Below, piece by piece: positions 24,958 through 33,659 of a DNA stretch of 64,000 nucleotides. Under the pieces are notes generated by a model. That model saw nothing but the letters and a program-made list of their open reading frames with translations, was not told where the DNA came from and did not search any database. Numbering within the stretch: the first letter of the stretch is position 1; every line of letters starts with the position of its first letter. Origin of the DNA: a virus; the IMG/VR virus record IMGVR_UViG_3300032053_000002, positions 108,752 through 172,751 of that record; one strand, written 5' to 3'. Both the position numbers and the translations under genes were made by a program.

Positions 24958-25512
24958 CTACACACTCTCCAAATATGCGTGATTTAACCCGCCTTTTTTA
25001 TTACTGTATATAGACACTTCTGCATCAAGTTCACTGGGAGTATTACTTACCCAACCGAAGAACTTCTTTCTACAATCACTGTGACGACAGAAGTCAACTT
25101 GCGGACCGTCAACCGGTTTACCACAGTAGTGGCAATACCTTTCTTCACGAAACATTTCTGTTTTCGGAAGTAAACGTTTCCATAGGGAAATATCCTTCCG
25201 CTTATACGTTTTCTTCACCACTGCGGGACTTCCAAATATAACTTCACCATGCAACTTAGCGAGATAAGGTCTTATCCATTTTACCGAGTATTCCACCACG
25301 GCGACTCGCTTATAAGTGTATTTATAATCGAACAACTTATCCATAGCGTCTTGCTGTTTTCTAATCAACTCCAGCATACCTGAATCATCTTTCACAGTAA
25401 CGGTAATCCCCAGCTCACTATTCTTGAAAACTAGGAAGGTACGCCCGACTTTATACGCAAAAGATACTTTCGCGTCTCCGTATGTCTCGTAAAACTTTTT
25501 TTCGTTCATCAT
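24958..25512 (-). CDS. hypothetical protein with C-terminal Cys-rich zinc-binding segment, 184 aa
   Basis: CHYCGKPVDGPQVDFCRHSDCRKKFFGW. Confidence 0.5.
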   Translation of the reverse strand: MMNEKKFYETYGDAKVSFAYKVGRTFLVFKNSELGITVTVKDDSGMLELIRKQQDAMDKLFDYKYTYKRVAVVEYSVKWIRPYLAKLHGEVIFGSPAVVKKTYKRKDISLWKRLLPKTEMFREERYCHYCGKPVDGPQVDFCRHSDCRKKFFGWVSNTPSELDAEVSIYSNKKGGLNHAYLESV

Positions 25513-25534
25513 TATTCTTTTCTCCTATACCTAA

Positions 25535-25563
25535 AATATACCACTTCTCAGCGTATCAGTCAA
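25535..25563 (-). promoter_or_regulatory. sigma70-like promoter TTGACT-N17-TATATT
   Basis: AGTCAA at 25558-25563 and AATATA at 25535-25540 on plus strand. Confidence 0.55.
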
Positions 25564-25664
25564 GAACTATTTTCGCTATAGCGGCATTCCGGACGGCAAT
25601 GCGGTCGTAACTAGAGCCCTTCGTGAACTTTTTCACATACGGTCTGTACGTTTTCTGTAAGTGG

Positions 25665-25745
25665 TTTTTCAATCCGCTCGCTCCTCTCGGTTGCAATCCG
25701 CTCGCTCCTCTCGGTTGTCAATTCGCTCGCTCCTCTCGGTTGTAG
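25665..25745. repeat. ~23-bp direct repeat x3 (ccgctcgctcctctcggttgcaat)
   Basis: Direct inspection, GC-rich ORF-free island. Confidence 0.8.
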
Positions 25746-25854
25746 GGGGCAACTCGGTAGACGTGTCAGGCGAGTTCAGAACCGTGCATGCAAATAGGCA
25801 GCCTGAAGTGTGTTCGTCGTGTGGGGGGGTTCTTGGCGGGAGTTTGTGGTTTGT

Positions 25855-25912
25855 GCGGGAGTTCTTGCGAGAGTTTGCGCGGGAGTTCTTGCGGGAGTTT
25901 GCGCGAGGAATC
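25855..25912. repeat. ~22-bp direct repeat x2.5 (gcgggagttcttgcgagagttt)
   Basis: Direct inspection. Confidence 0.75.
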
Positions 25913-26084
25913 GTGGAGAAGTGGGGGCATGGGGGTGGCGGTGCTTCCGACGAGTAGCAATTGCGCATCGGCAATACCTGCGACCCACTATTATAATATT
26001 ATCCGAATATCAAAAAGGCGTGGATTATTTATTTATAATAGGGAAGTGATTATCAATTCCAGCAAGTTGTATCAAATAGGCGAG

Positions 26085-26165
26085 TGATATGCAGCGATAT
26101 GCAGTGATATGCAGCGATATGCAGTGATATGCAGTGATATGCAGTGATATGCAGCGATATGCGCT
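26085..26165. repeat. 10-bp tandem repeat gatatgcagY x8
   Basis: Direct inspection. Confidence 0.85.
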
Positions 26166-26178
26166 GTAATATATATGG

Positions 26179-26937
26179 CTAATAACGTTGTATAAAAGCG
26201 AGTTCCGATTTAAGATTAGAAAGAAAGAAATGTTCATCAGTAGTTCTATCGAATACTATTGTAGCATCGTGTATAGTAGGTTGATCATAAATTAGTTTCG
26301 GATCTATATTATTTTTAGAATAGTCGCCGATTAGTTGTTTGGCCAGAACATTTAATGTTTGTAAATCATCTTTTTTTAAAGATGGTCGCAGTAACAAATG
26401 GTCTACAAATATAAATCGTAATCTTGCCTGAAAGCGTTCTTCTGATATTAAATACTCAAATATTCTCTCATATTTCGAAGTATCATTTTCCCATAATGCA
26501 TAGGATTCGCGAAGAATATGTCTCAATTTGTTTAATATCGTATAGTATTTATTTATGTAATATTTTTCGCCGAGGTGATTCGTATGATATTTACTTCTCC
26601 AGAATTCAAGCCGGGTTGAAACACTAACATCTTTACTAAGAAGGCTTTGCAGATGATTAATAGAAAAAAATGTTTCACTTTGATTGAGTAACTTGCGAAC
26701 TTCATTAAAATCATAGCTTTCGCCTTCTTGCGAAGTTTGGGCAGATTTATTTAGACACTTAGATACGATTTGGTGCTCTATTATTTTATAGTGCGAAAAA
26801 TCTTTATCATACATTAAAACACCGCCGATTGGCAGCGCTTCTGCATAAAACACATAAGAGCGAATATGTATTTTGTTGTCTTTATAAAAAGATTTTAAGT
26901 TGATAGCGTGAACAGGTACTATATTTGTATTAGACAT
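26179..26937 (-). CDS. hypothetical protein, 252 aa; paralog of 29441..30142
   Basis: N-terminal VPVHAINLKSFYKDNKIHIRSYVFY matches LPVHVINLRENMSRARIYVKSIVIY of 29441..30142. Confidence 0.55.
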   Translation of the reverse strand: MSNTNIVPVHAINLKSFYKDNKIHIRSYVFYAEALPIGGVLMYDKDFSHYKIIEHQIVSKCLNKSAQTSQEGESYDFNEVRKLLNQSETFFSINHLQSLLSKDVSVSTRLEFWRSKYHTNHLGEKYYINKYYTILNKLRHILRESYALWENDTSKYERIFEYLISEERFQARLRFIFVDHLLLRPSLKKDDLQTLNVLAKQLIGDYSKNNIDPKLIYDQPTIHDATIVFDRTTDEHFFLSNLKSELAFIQRY

Positions 26938-26943
26938 AACTAT

Positions 26944-27192
26944 TTATTTCGCCAACCAGGCCCAATATTTTGGAGTTCCGTAAGCACCTATTGACAAACC
27001 GTTGCACCATATGGTGCAACGGTTACCGTTGTACCATTGTAAAGGATTTAGTTCGTCTTTCCATGGCGAAAATGATACGGCTCTATTGTGGTTGAACCAT
27101 ACCAGAATAGCACTATTATAATCAACCGTATTAACGTCTGGCGGGTCGCCTTCAATCCACTCCAAATCAAGCGGTGATTTTGTTATTTTCAT
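26944..27192 (-). CDS. hypothetical Trp-rich protein, 82 aa
   Basis: ORF track. Confidence 0.45.
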   Translation of the reverse strand: MKITKSPLDLEWIEGDPPDVNTVDYNSAILVWFNHNRAVSFSPWKDELNPLQWYNGNRCTIWCNGLSIGAYGTPKYWAWLAK

Positions 27193-27201
27193 AAGTCGTT
27201 C

Positions 27202-27558
27202 CTATTTTTCTTTTATTGTAAACGTGCTGTCAGTAGGTTGAGTAATGATGTAGTGATTGTCCCCTATTACTACTGGGATTTCGCGTGGTTTGGATCTAAA
27301 TTGATTACTTTTCAATATACGAGAAATTTCCATTAACTTGCGCCTTGGTTCATCATACTTTCGGAATATTATAAACTTTTCTTTTTGAAAGTTGATTTCG
27401 TCGATAACCGCAAACAACGAATCACCAATCTCTTTTGAAAAACTATTTTTTTCGGAGAGTATCTTAAAAATAACCGTCAACTCTTCGGTTGGTTCTATAT
27501 CACAACCGAGCGACATTAAAAATATAGAACATAATAATAATAACATTAAATTTTTCAT
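27202..27558 (-). CDS. putative lipoprotein, 118 aa
   Basis: MKNLMLLLLCSIFLMSLGC lipobox-like signal. Confidence 0.5.
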   Translation of the reverse strand: MKNLMLLLLCSIFLMSLGCDIEPTEELTVIFKILSEKNSFSKEIGDSLFAVIDEINFQKEKFIIFRKYDEPRRKLMEISRILKSNQFRSKPREIPVVIGDNHYIITQPTDSTFTIKEK

Positions 27559-27980
27559 TTTTTAACTCCAATTATTTTTGCTATTTTATTTAATCTTAAC
27601 ACATCATATTCGGTAAGGCGAGTACCCGAAAGATGAGTCCAATTTTCATTGGCTCCGTAACTCTCAACAAACTTTTCTACTAAACGATTAACATAAATTC
27701 GATCTCCCCACGCCTTTTGTTTGGAGTATGATAAATATATCCCATCGTTTATAAACCTATTAAGTTTATTCGATAATATTTTTAATCGTCGCCAGATAGT
27801 TAAACCCTTGTATAAACCGTCTATTTTCTTCTTTGCCTCGTCAACCGTCATTATATCATAATAGTTGGCCGGAACTTCAAGTATAACCATAATCTGAGAA
27901 TCGGGTTTCCATTCGGCTATTGCGGGTACGCGACGATCTTCATAACAAAAATTTCCAACCCACGTCAAAACATCATTCAT
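27555..27980 (-). CDS. paralog-family protein (TIWRRLK core, C-terminal LNKIAKIIG)
   Basis: 141 aa. Confidence 0.55.
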   Translation of the reverse strand: MNDVLTWVGNFCYEDRRVPAIAEWKPDSQIMVILEVPANYYDIMTVDEAKKKIDGLYKGLTIWRRLKILSNKLNRFINDGIYLSYSKQKAWGDRIYVNRLVEKFVESYGANENWTHLSGTRLTEYDVLRLNKIAKIIGVKK

Positions 27981-28468
27981 CTATTCTTATTTCCTTCAAC
28001 GCACCTATTTATTTTATTTAGCATTTTTACTTCTTCGTCAGTTAGTCTCGACTCAAATCGCGGTATAACTTTTATGCTTCCAGGAACTTCGGCGGACTCT
28101 AGATAAGTAACAAATTTGCCAATTAGCCCATTAACATACCTTTCGTATTCTTCCAATACCAGAGACATTTTGGCGTAAGAAGATGGATAGTCTTTGTATT
28201 TAACCACCAGAGTTTTTTCCAGTTCAATAATTTTAAGTAGTAATTCTTTTAATCTTCGCCAGATGGTTGTGCCCTTATACAGGTCGTTCATCGCAACTTT
28301 TGCTACATCGAGGCTTAGGCAATCATGGTATACGTGCGGAACTTCGTGTAATATTAAAGATTTTTCTTCTGCGTTATAAGTCGCTATCTTATTAGAAGAC
28401 CCGGTTTTCACGTCGCCTTCGTAACATTCATCATCAACCCATTGTAAAGTATTTTTTATTGCGTTCAT
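27977..28468 (-). CDS. paralog-family protein (TIWRRLK core, C-terminal LNKINRCVEG)
   Basis: 163 aa. Confidence 0.55.
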   Translation of the reverse strand: MNAIKNTLQWVDDECYEGDVKTGSSNKIATYNAEEKSLILHEVPHVYHDCLSLDVAKVAMNDLYKGTTIWRRLKELLLKIIELEKTLVVKYKDYPSSYAKMSLVLEEYERYVNGLIGKFVTYLESAEVPGSIKVIPRFESRLTDEEVKMLNKINRCVEGNKNR

Positions 28469-28632
28469 AACTTACTCTCGATACGTTTTTCCATTACTTT
28501 GCATTTTCTGCATAAGCATCCAATCACTAAATTAAGATATTTTTTTCGCCAACGAGATTCTCTCGTTTTTAAAAACTCGTTTTCTTCTGTTAATTCAAGT
28601 ATTCTCGCCTTCAATTGGGCGACCTCTTTCAT
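28465..28632 (-). CDS. small coiled-coil/Cys-containing protein, 55 aa (below track cutoff)
   Basis: ATG 28632; TGA 28465-28467 overlaps next ATG as ATGA; MKEVAQLKARILELTEENEFLKTRESRWRKKYLNLVIGCLCRKCKVMEKRIESKL. Confidence 0.3.
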   Translation of the reverse strand: MKEVAQLKARILELTEENEFLKTRESRWRKKYLNLVIGCLCRKCKVMEKRIESKL

Positions 28633-28640
28633 ATGTTTGC

Positions 28641-29429
28641 TCATAATCTTTCAATCTTTTTACCGTATTTGGACAAGTAAATACCCACACATCCGATACA
28701 GCTACTTTCCGTGTTGTTAGGTATCGTGATGGCGATTCGCATACACTCTTCACTACAAAAACCGGCAGTTATAGTTTTGCCTTTTTCTAAATAACAACTA
28801 CCTTTAATATGTTCGTAATGCAGGTGTCCGGTAAATGTTCGTGCCTTTTTACCGCAAATTATACACCTATCAACGTGCCAATGGATATGGTTTTTTGCGA
28901 TATTGTTCATGGCATCTACCATACCAGGAGTAAACCGGTCATTATTTTTAACCTGCCGCATCACTGCTAAAACCCTTGATCTCGCACTTTCATCATCAAC
29001 ATTTTTCAGAATACTTTTTAGTTTTTTTAAGAGTCTCTCTTTTTTATGCGGTATAACATAATCATCATATAATTCGGCTAATATTTTATATTTGCCATTA
29101 AAAACGGGGCATAATCTACCCGCGAAGTTATTATACGCAAAAATATAGTCATCTCCGTTACGATGTATGAAATACGAACTCGGGGTTAAGAAAAATAATC
29201 CAAACGAAGCCACTCCGCGTCCGGTCTTGGAAAAAACTACATTCAATAATTTGGATTTTTTTACTATTTCGCGAACATTTTTATATCTTCTAAAGTTTTC
29301 CGGAAGTGGTACGAGCGACATTATTTCCGGGATGCCGGTAATTTCTATCATATTTTTATATAATAAATGTCCACCGTCCCCATCATAAATTTCTATGTCA
29401 GGAGTTTCATATTTATTTGCAACTAACAT
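28641..29429 (-). CDS. hypothetical protein with C-terminal Cys/His-rich zinc-binding region, 262 aa
   Basis: HIHWHVDRCIICGKK...HLHYEH...CSEEC...CIGC. Confidence 0.5.
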   Translation of the reverse strand: MLVANKYETPDIEIYDGDGGHLLYKNMIEITGIPEIMSLVPLPENFRRYKNVREIVKKSKLLNVVFSKTGRGVASFGLFFLTPSSYFIHRNGDDYIFAYNNFAGRLCPVFNGKYKILAELYDDYVIPHKKERLLKKLKSILKNVDDESARSRVLAVMRQVKNNDRFTPGMVDAMNNIAKNHIHWHVDRCIICGKKARTFTGHLHYEHIKGSCYLEKGKTITAGFCSEECMRIAITIPNNTESSCIGCVGIYLSKYGKKIERL

Positions 29430-29440
29430 AACTTTTATTC

Positions 29441-30142
29441 CTATACATGACGCAAATATGGTTTGTCTTTACCGGGTGCAATATCCAATACCGTACCAGA
29501 CGTGTCAAACAAATAATAATCATTTCCATTGTAACAATTGACTTCTTGATAAACTTCGGTGGCGGTCATAAAATCCGAGTAAGAAATGATTTTATTTTTA
29601 ATCAACCCGTCCGATATTTTGTTTAAAGTTTCAATCGACACAAAATTTTTAAAACTCTCTATTAGTAAAGTGTGTATTAACGTGCCTTTTATTATATCAT
29701 AAATATTTTTATTAACAATAGTTGGAAATTTTTTAGTCATATGAAGATACAGGTATTTTAGTTTATTTAGTATCCTGAAATATTTTGCAGACTCCAGGTC
29801 ATGCATTTGCTTAAAATAATCCCAATCGAGAACCACGTTGATATTGTCATAATGAATTGATGGGCGAAATTCGGAATCTATATAATTATAAATTTTCGTT
29901 ATCGCTTCGCCTTGAGGAAACGATGCTAATATTCCTTCAGTCTTAGATTCTTTTATAATTTTGTTCTGAGTTTTACTTATCAAAAATGCTTTAACTGAAA
30001 ATCTTGTTGGTGGTCTGTATTTTTTTGTGTCAGATACTTGCGAATAAATAACAATAGATTTGACATAGATTCTCGCTCGTGACATATTTTCTCTTAAATT
30101 TATAACGTGAACTGGTAAATACCTATCCAGTGATGAAGCCAT
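29441..30142 (-). CDS. hypothetical protein, 233 aa; paralog of 26179..26937
   Basis: Shared N-terminal block. Confidence 0.55.
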   Translation of the reverse strand: MASSLDRYLPVHVINLRENMSRARIYVKSIVIYSQVSDTKKYRPPTRFSVKAFLISKTQNKIIKESKTEGILASFPQGEAITKIYNYIDSEFRPSIHYDNINVVLDWDYFKQMHDLESAKYFRILNKLKYLYLHMTKKFPTIVNKNIYDIIKGTLIHTLLIESFKNFVSIETLNKISDGLIKNKIISYSDFMTATEVYQEVNCYNGNDYYLFDTSGTVLDIAPGKDKPYLRHV

Positions 30143-30172
30143 TTTCTGATAACCTTACTTTTTTATCTATAA

Positions 30173-30520
30173 TTAAATCATTTTTATTGCGGAGTGGTCG
30201 AATAGATAACCTTTAATTTCTTTATTATACATATTCCAATTCTTTTCGTACATTGGATATTCATTATAAATATATTCTTTATATTCATCCAATTCGTTTT
30301 TTTCTGCGTACAACCACTCATACTCATACGCAAAATATGACGTATTTAATATGACCGCCAAATTTCCAATAATTAATGCGACGGCGAAAAGATAAAACAA
30401 AATCATCGCATCAGTTATTACTAGAGCCGGATAAGAAAATATAAGAATAATCAGTGTTAATAATTCAGTATTAATCGTTACGATAACACCATTTCTACTA
30501 AATGTGTATGTGTAATTCAT
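30173..30520 (-). CDS. membrane protein, 115 aa
   Basis: Two long hydrophobic helices. Confidence 0.5.
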   Translation of the reverse strand: MNYTYTFSRNGVIVTINTELLTLIILIFSYPALVITDAMILFYLFAVALIIGNLAVILNTSYFAYEYEWLYAEKNELDEYKEYIYNEYPMYEKNWNMYNKEIKGYLFDHSAIKMI

Positions 30521-30521
30521 A

Positions 30522-30836
30522 TCAAATATTTCTCCATCTTTTTGATAATGTTTTATCTAATTCTTCGGGAGTGGGTATTCTGGAAAATTGCAGAGATTCA
30601 CTTTCATCCGCCATTTCCAAACGTCCGGCATCGATATAAAACGCCTGTTTTGGAAAACGAGACGCAAGAAGTGTTATCACTCCATTCTTCGGTTCGTTAG
30701 TGTCAGATATAGATTCTACCCTATCTTCTGACGCCAGAATGTTTTTATCTATTGAAAATGTTTGAGATGGGAATAATGAATGCAGTATGTTTAATAACTC
30801 ATTATCATCTTTTATAACGATGTCGCGAAATTTCAT
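30522..30836 (-). CDS. hypothetical protein, 104 aa
   Basis: ORF track. Confidence 0.5.
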   Translation of the reverse strand: MKFRDIVIKDDNELLNILHSLFPSQTFSIDKNILASEDRVESISDTNEPKNGVITLLASRFPKQAFYIDAGRLEMADESESLQFSRIPTPEELDKTLSKRWRNI

Positions 30837-30877
30837 AAATCTATTTCTATTTTTTTATTTTGATAAAAACTAAAAAA

Positions 30878-30905
30878 CGGGCGGGATTTGTGTCCGCATC
30901 TCTTA
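30878..30905 (-). terminator. rho-independent terminator for the 30999..31337 gene (GCGGA-tttgtg-TCCGC, U-run on minus strand)
   Basis: Plus strand aaaaaCGGGCGGGAtttgtgTCCGCatc; initially resembled a tRNA fragment but lacks tRNA architecture. Confidence 0.5.
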
Positions 30906-30998
30906 CCCCAGAGCCGGCTCCGGATAAAGTGTTTTTTCAGCCTTCTATCTATTATGAGCCTACTTATTAAACTACCGTTCTATTATAAAGTTTCTCAC

Positions 30999-31337
30999 TT
31001 ACTCCAACGGTGATATAGAAACGTCGCCAGTCTTTAATCCAGTGGCGACAATATAATATTTATATCTTGAAGACATGGATAATCCGCTAGTGGAATATTG
31101 TATTTCAATTATAGCAATATTAACATCGTTTTCGCCGAAGCCGTCTATTACTCGGGTGCCTTCGTATAAGACTTTAACGCCTTTTACTTCGAAACCTCCA
31201 GACGTTGTTTGCGAATTCGCGATTTTTATGAATCCGGTGCCGAATAACAAAAACAATATTAGCATGGTTAAAAAGAATGTTAGCGCCGTTTGAACGGAGG
31301 CCGATTTTAATATTTTATTCATAATGTTTCTCCTCAA
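30999..31337 (-). CDS. secreted protein with N-terminal signal/TM segment, 112 aa
   Basis: ORF track; hydrophobic N-terminus. Confidence 0.5.
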   Translation of the reverse strand: MRRNIMNKILKSASVQTALTFFLTMLILFLLFGTGFIKIANSQTTSGGFEVKGVKVLYEGTRVIDGFGENDVNIAIIEIQYSTSGLSMSSRYKYYIVATGLKTGDVSISPLE

Positions 31338-31354
31338 TTTATTTACGTTTTTTA

Positions 31355-31451
31355 GGAAGGACGGTGGGATTCGAACCCACCTATTACTTGCTCATACGGA
31401 CTTAAACCGTCGCACTTTTGTCGCATTCCCGACATTCCTGTCACGTCCTTC
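31355..31451 (-). tRNA. atypical ~97-nt tRNA-like gene, anticodon loop UUUAAGU (anticodon UAA, Leu-type), Sec-like geometry
   Basis: Reverse complement: acceptor GAAGGAC/GTCCTTC, U9, D-arm TGACA-GGAA-TGTCG (5 bp, 4-nt loop), 19-nt insert, anticodon stem ACGG/CCGT, 14-nt variable region, 6-bp T-stem GGTGGG TTCGAAT CCCACC. Confidence 0.45.
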
Positions 31452-31462
31452 ACCACCAAAAA

Positions 31463-32533
31463 TTACTTTACGGGTTGAATATTTACGAACGGAACCGCGC
31501 CACCAGTAACTTGTGGCAAAATACCATTCCAAGTTTGAACCGCTTGCCATTGAATTAATGCTTGTGTTAAAGACGCATTGACGATTCGATTAGCTTCAGC
31601 TTGTCCTTTCGCCACGTTAATAAGTGATTGAGCCGTACCTTCAGAAGTTTTAATCTTCTGTTGTGCTTCCGCATCAGCTTGACGAATCTTATTTTCGGCT
31701 TCGATAGCACGCTGTGTTGCTTCAATAACGGCGTTAATACTGGCCTTGACCGTTGGGTCAACGCGCATTTCGCCGACAAACCCAATCATATCAAACTTAA
31801 ATCCCTTCGGCTCAAGATCCTTCACAGCTATTTCTTTAACTCTATCAAGTAGTTCTTGTTTTCCCGCTCCAAAAATAGCCGTAACTTTCATACTTGAAGC
31901 AATACGATTAAAATAATCCCTAATTTTTGAACGAACATAAACACGGGCAATGTGTTCGGGGTCTTGACGATATTCAACGAATAAAGATGGTACTTTTTCA
32001 GAAATATATCCAAACGATACGGCTATATCTGTATTGATAACAGCACCTTCGATAGAATTAAAAGTAATGGCTTCGTCGGTTGGCGACCCCTCGTTAAGGT
32101 CTTGTGTCCATACCCAGTTTTGTAAAAATGTCGGGAATTTGTAAACATCTTCGGTAAATGGGTTTAGCCAAACACGACCGGTCATCAAAGGAAAATCTTC
32201 CACACCTTTTTGGGTGCCGTATTGGTTTACTTTGATTCCCACATAACCGGGTTCTACTTTTACGCAACCATTTAAAGTAAGAAAACAAAACGCGATAATC
32301 ATTCCCAGCATGAAAATCTTTTTGACTTCTTTCACTAAAAAGATGCCCCAAAATACTGCGGCGAAAATCATAAGAACCAATATCACCACACCGACTAAAA
32401 CGGCAATGGAGCTCGGTTCACTTATCATTTCGCCAACACTTTCGAATACCCACATAAATGCGAAGATACCGAAAATAATCAGCGCAATGGCCTTGAGAGT
32501 CGCAGAGACTCTCGGGTTCATGTTAAATAACAT
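31463..32533 (-). CDS. SPFH/band-7 (prohibitin/HflK-like) membrane protein
   Basis: 356 aa; N-terminal TM helices; C-terminal QADAEAQQKIKTSEGTAQSLINVAKGQAEANRI coiled segment typical of SPFH proteins. Confidence 0.65.
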   Translation of the reverse strand: MLFNMNPRVSATLKAIALIIFGIFAFMWVFESVGEMISEPSSIAVLVGVVILVLMIFAAVFWGIFLVKEVKKIFMLGMIIAFCFLTLNGCVKVEPGYVGIKVNQYGTQKGVEDFPLMTGRVWLNPFTEDVYKFPTFLQNWVWTQDLNEGSPTDEAITFNSIEGAVINTDIAVSFGYISEKVPSLFVEYRQDPEHIARVYVRSKIRDYFNRIASSMKVTAIFGAGKQELLDRVKEIAVKDLEPKGFKFDMIGFVGEMRVDPTVKASINAVIEATQRAIEAENKIRQADAEAQQKIKTSEGTAQSLINVAKGQAEANRIVNASLTQALIQWQAVQTWNGILPQVTGGAVPFVNIQPVK

Positions 32534-32546
32534 GGTTTACCTCCTG

Positions 32547-32804
32547 TTAGTTATTGTTTATAGTTATTGTTCTTTTGCCTTCTTCAAGGTTTTTTATTCG
32601 TTTATGAAGTTCAAGTATACTGTCGTTTAATTTACCATTTTGTGTTATCGTGCCATTTACGAGATCCAAAATATCGTTGCTTTGTTTAAGAATCCATTTA
32701 TCATTTTTGTAAATGCGGATTCCCAGAACAACCATATATATAGTCAATCCGATAATTATACCATATAATAAACTTAGCATAAAATTACTTTCTTTTTCTT
32801 GCAA
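32547..32804 (-). CDS. small membrane protein, 85 aa
   Basis: ORF track; N-terminal TM helix. Confidence 0.45.
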   Translation of the reverse strand: MQEKESNFMLSLLYGIIIGLTIYMVVLGIRIYKNDKWILKQSNDILDLVNGTITQNGKLNDSILELHKRIKNLEEGKRTITINNN

Positions 32805-32814
32805 AACATATCTA

Positions 32815-33066
32815 TTAATTCATCGTATTAAATTTTTTAATAAGTAATTCTTTACGTTCTCCATCAATTTCTTCTTCATGTTTCAATATCAAATCCATCC
32901 TCGTGTATTTTTTCACTATTTCTTCTTCGGTTAAGGAATTCGGGTATTCTTCCGCAAGAACCAATAAAGTAATTTTTTCGCTCTTGGTTAAAGAATACCA
33001 ATTTTTATCATTTACGAAATTTTCGATAACTAATTTATACCCACCGTGCATTTTTAATCTCCCCAT
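32815..33066 (-). CDS. hypothetical protein, 83 aa
   Basis: ORF track. Confidence 0.45.
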   Translation of the reverse strand: MGRLKMHGGYKLVIENFVNDKNWYSLTKSEKITLLVLAEEYPNSLTEEEIVKKYTRMDLILKHEEEIDGERKELLIKKFNTMN

Positions 33067-33068
33067 TA

Positions 33069-33344
33069 TCAGATTGAAAAACTTGCAATCACGTCTTTCA
33101 GTCTTGCTTCAAACATATCATTTTTTATTCTTTTTTTCTTATCCGGCATAATCCAGTTAAGATGTTTCCCGGTAGTGTTGCCCCAAATATTCTCGGAGCA
33201 AATCAGCCCATGATGAGAAGTGCTAAATGCGACAGGTGTACTGTACGAGAAATAGACCGACAGATTGCCGATAGAAACTATTAACGTATGAGCACCATAG
33301 TTACTGGTTGAGTATTTTCCGTAATTTTCAATTTTTGGTAACAT
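33069..33344 (-). CDS. hypothetical protein, 91 aa
   Basis: ORF track. Confidence 0.45.
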   Translation of the reverse strand: MLPKIENYGKYSTSNYGAHTLIVSIGNLSVYFSYSTPVAFSTSHHGLICSENIWGNTTGKHLNWIMPDKKKRIKNDMFEARLKDVIASFSI

Positions 33345-33374
33345 AAAATTATAACCTTTTACTTTTTATGATGT

Positions 33375-33602
33375 TCAATTTAGATTGTTATTATTACTTG
33401 GTTGCATGGTTTTAATAAAAATATTATATTTCTCTTCGCCTAAAATTAAATATAAAACCGAATGAATTGCTTTATTTTTTTCATCTTCACTGTATTTTGT
33501 GGCGTCAACTCCGGTCGATTCGAAAATTTCGTAAACCACTTTATGAAATCGCTCATATTGGTCAGTCGTTTTTAATGATTTTTCTATTTTTGATAAATCC
33601 AA
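33375..33602 (-). CDS. hypothetical protein, 75 aa
   Basis: ORF track; consensus promoter (spacer 16) at 33636-33663. Confidence 0.45.
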   Translation of the reverse strand: MDLSKIEKSLKTTDQYERFHKVVYEIFESTGVDATKYSEDEKNKAIHSVLYLILGEEKYNIFIKTMQPSNNNNLN

Positions 33603-33659
33603 TTCACTTTCCTTTTTTATTATAATATACTATTAAATATACGAAATATAATTAAAAAG

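Noticed and set aside
25665-26165. Possible CRISPR array
   Set aside because: The repeats are contiguous tandem copies without unique spacers. There are three different unit lengths and no cas genes.
25661-26237. Cluster of overlapping ORFs on both strands in the GC-rich repeat island
   Set aside because: They overlap each other in multiple frames and are repeat-generated (PAQT/SRLQ runs). Typical high-GC non-coding artefacts.
30870-30945. tRNA-like impression from GGGCGGGATTTG near 30880
   Set aside because: It lacks T-loop consensus and acceptor pairing. It fits a GC hairpin plus U-run terminator on the minus strand instead.
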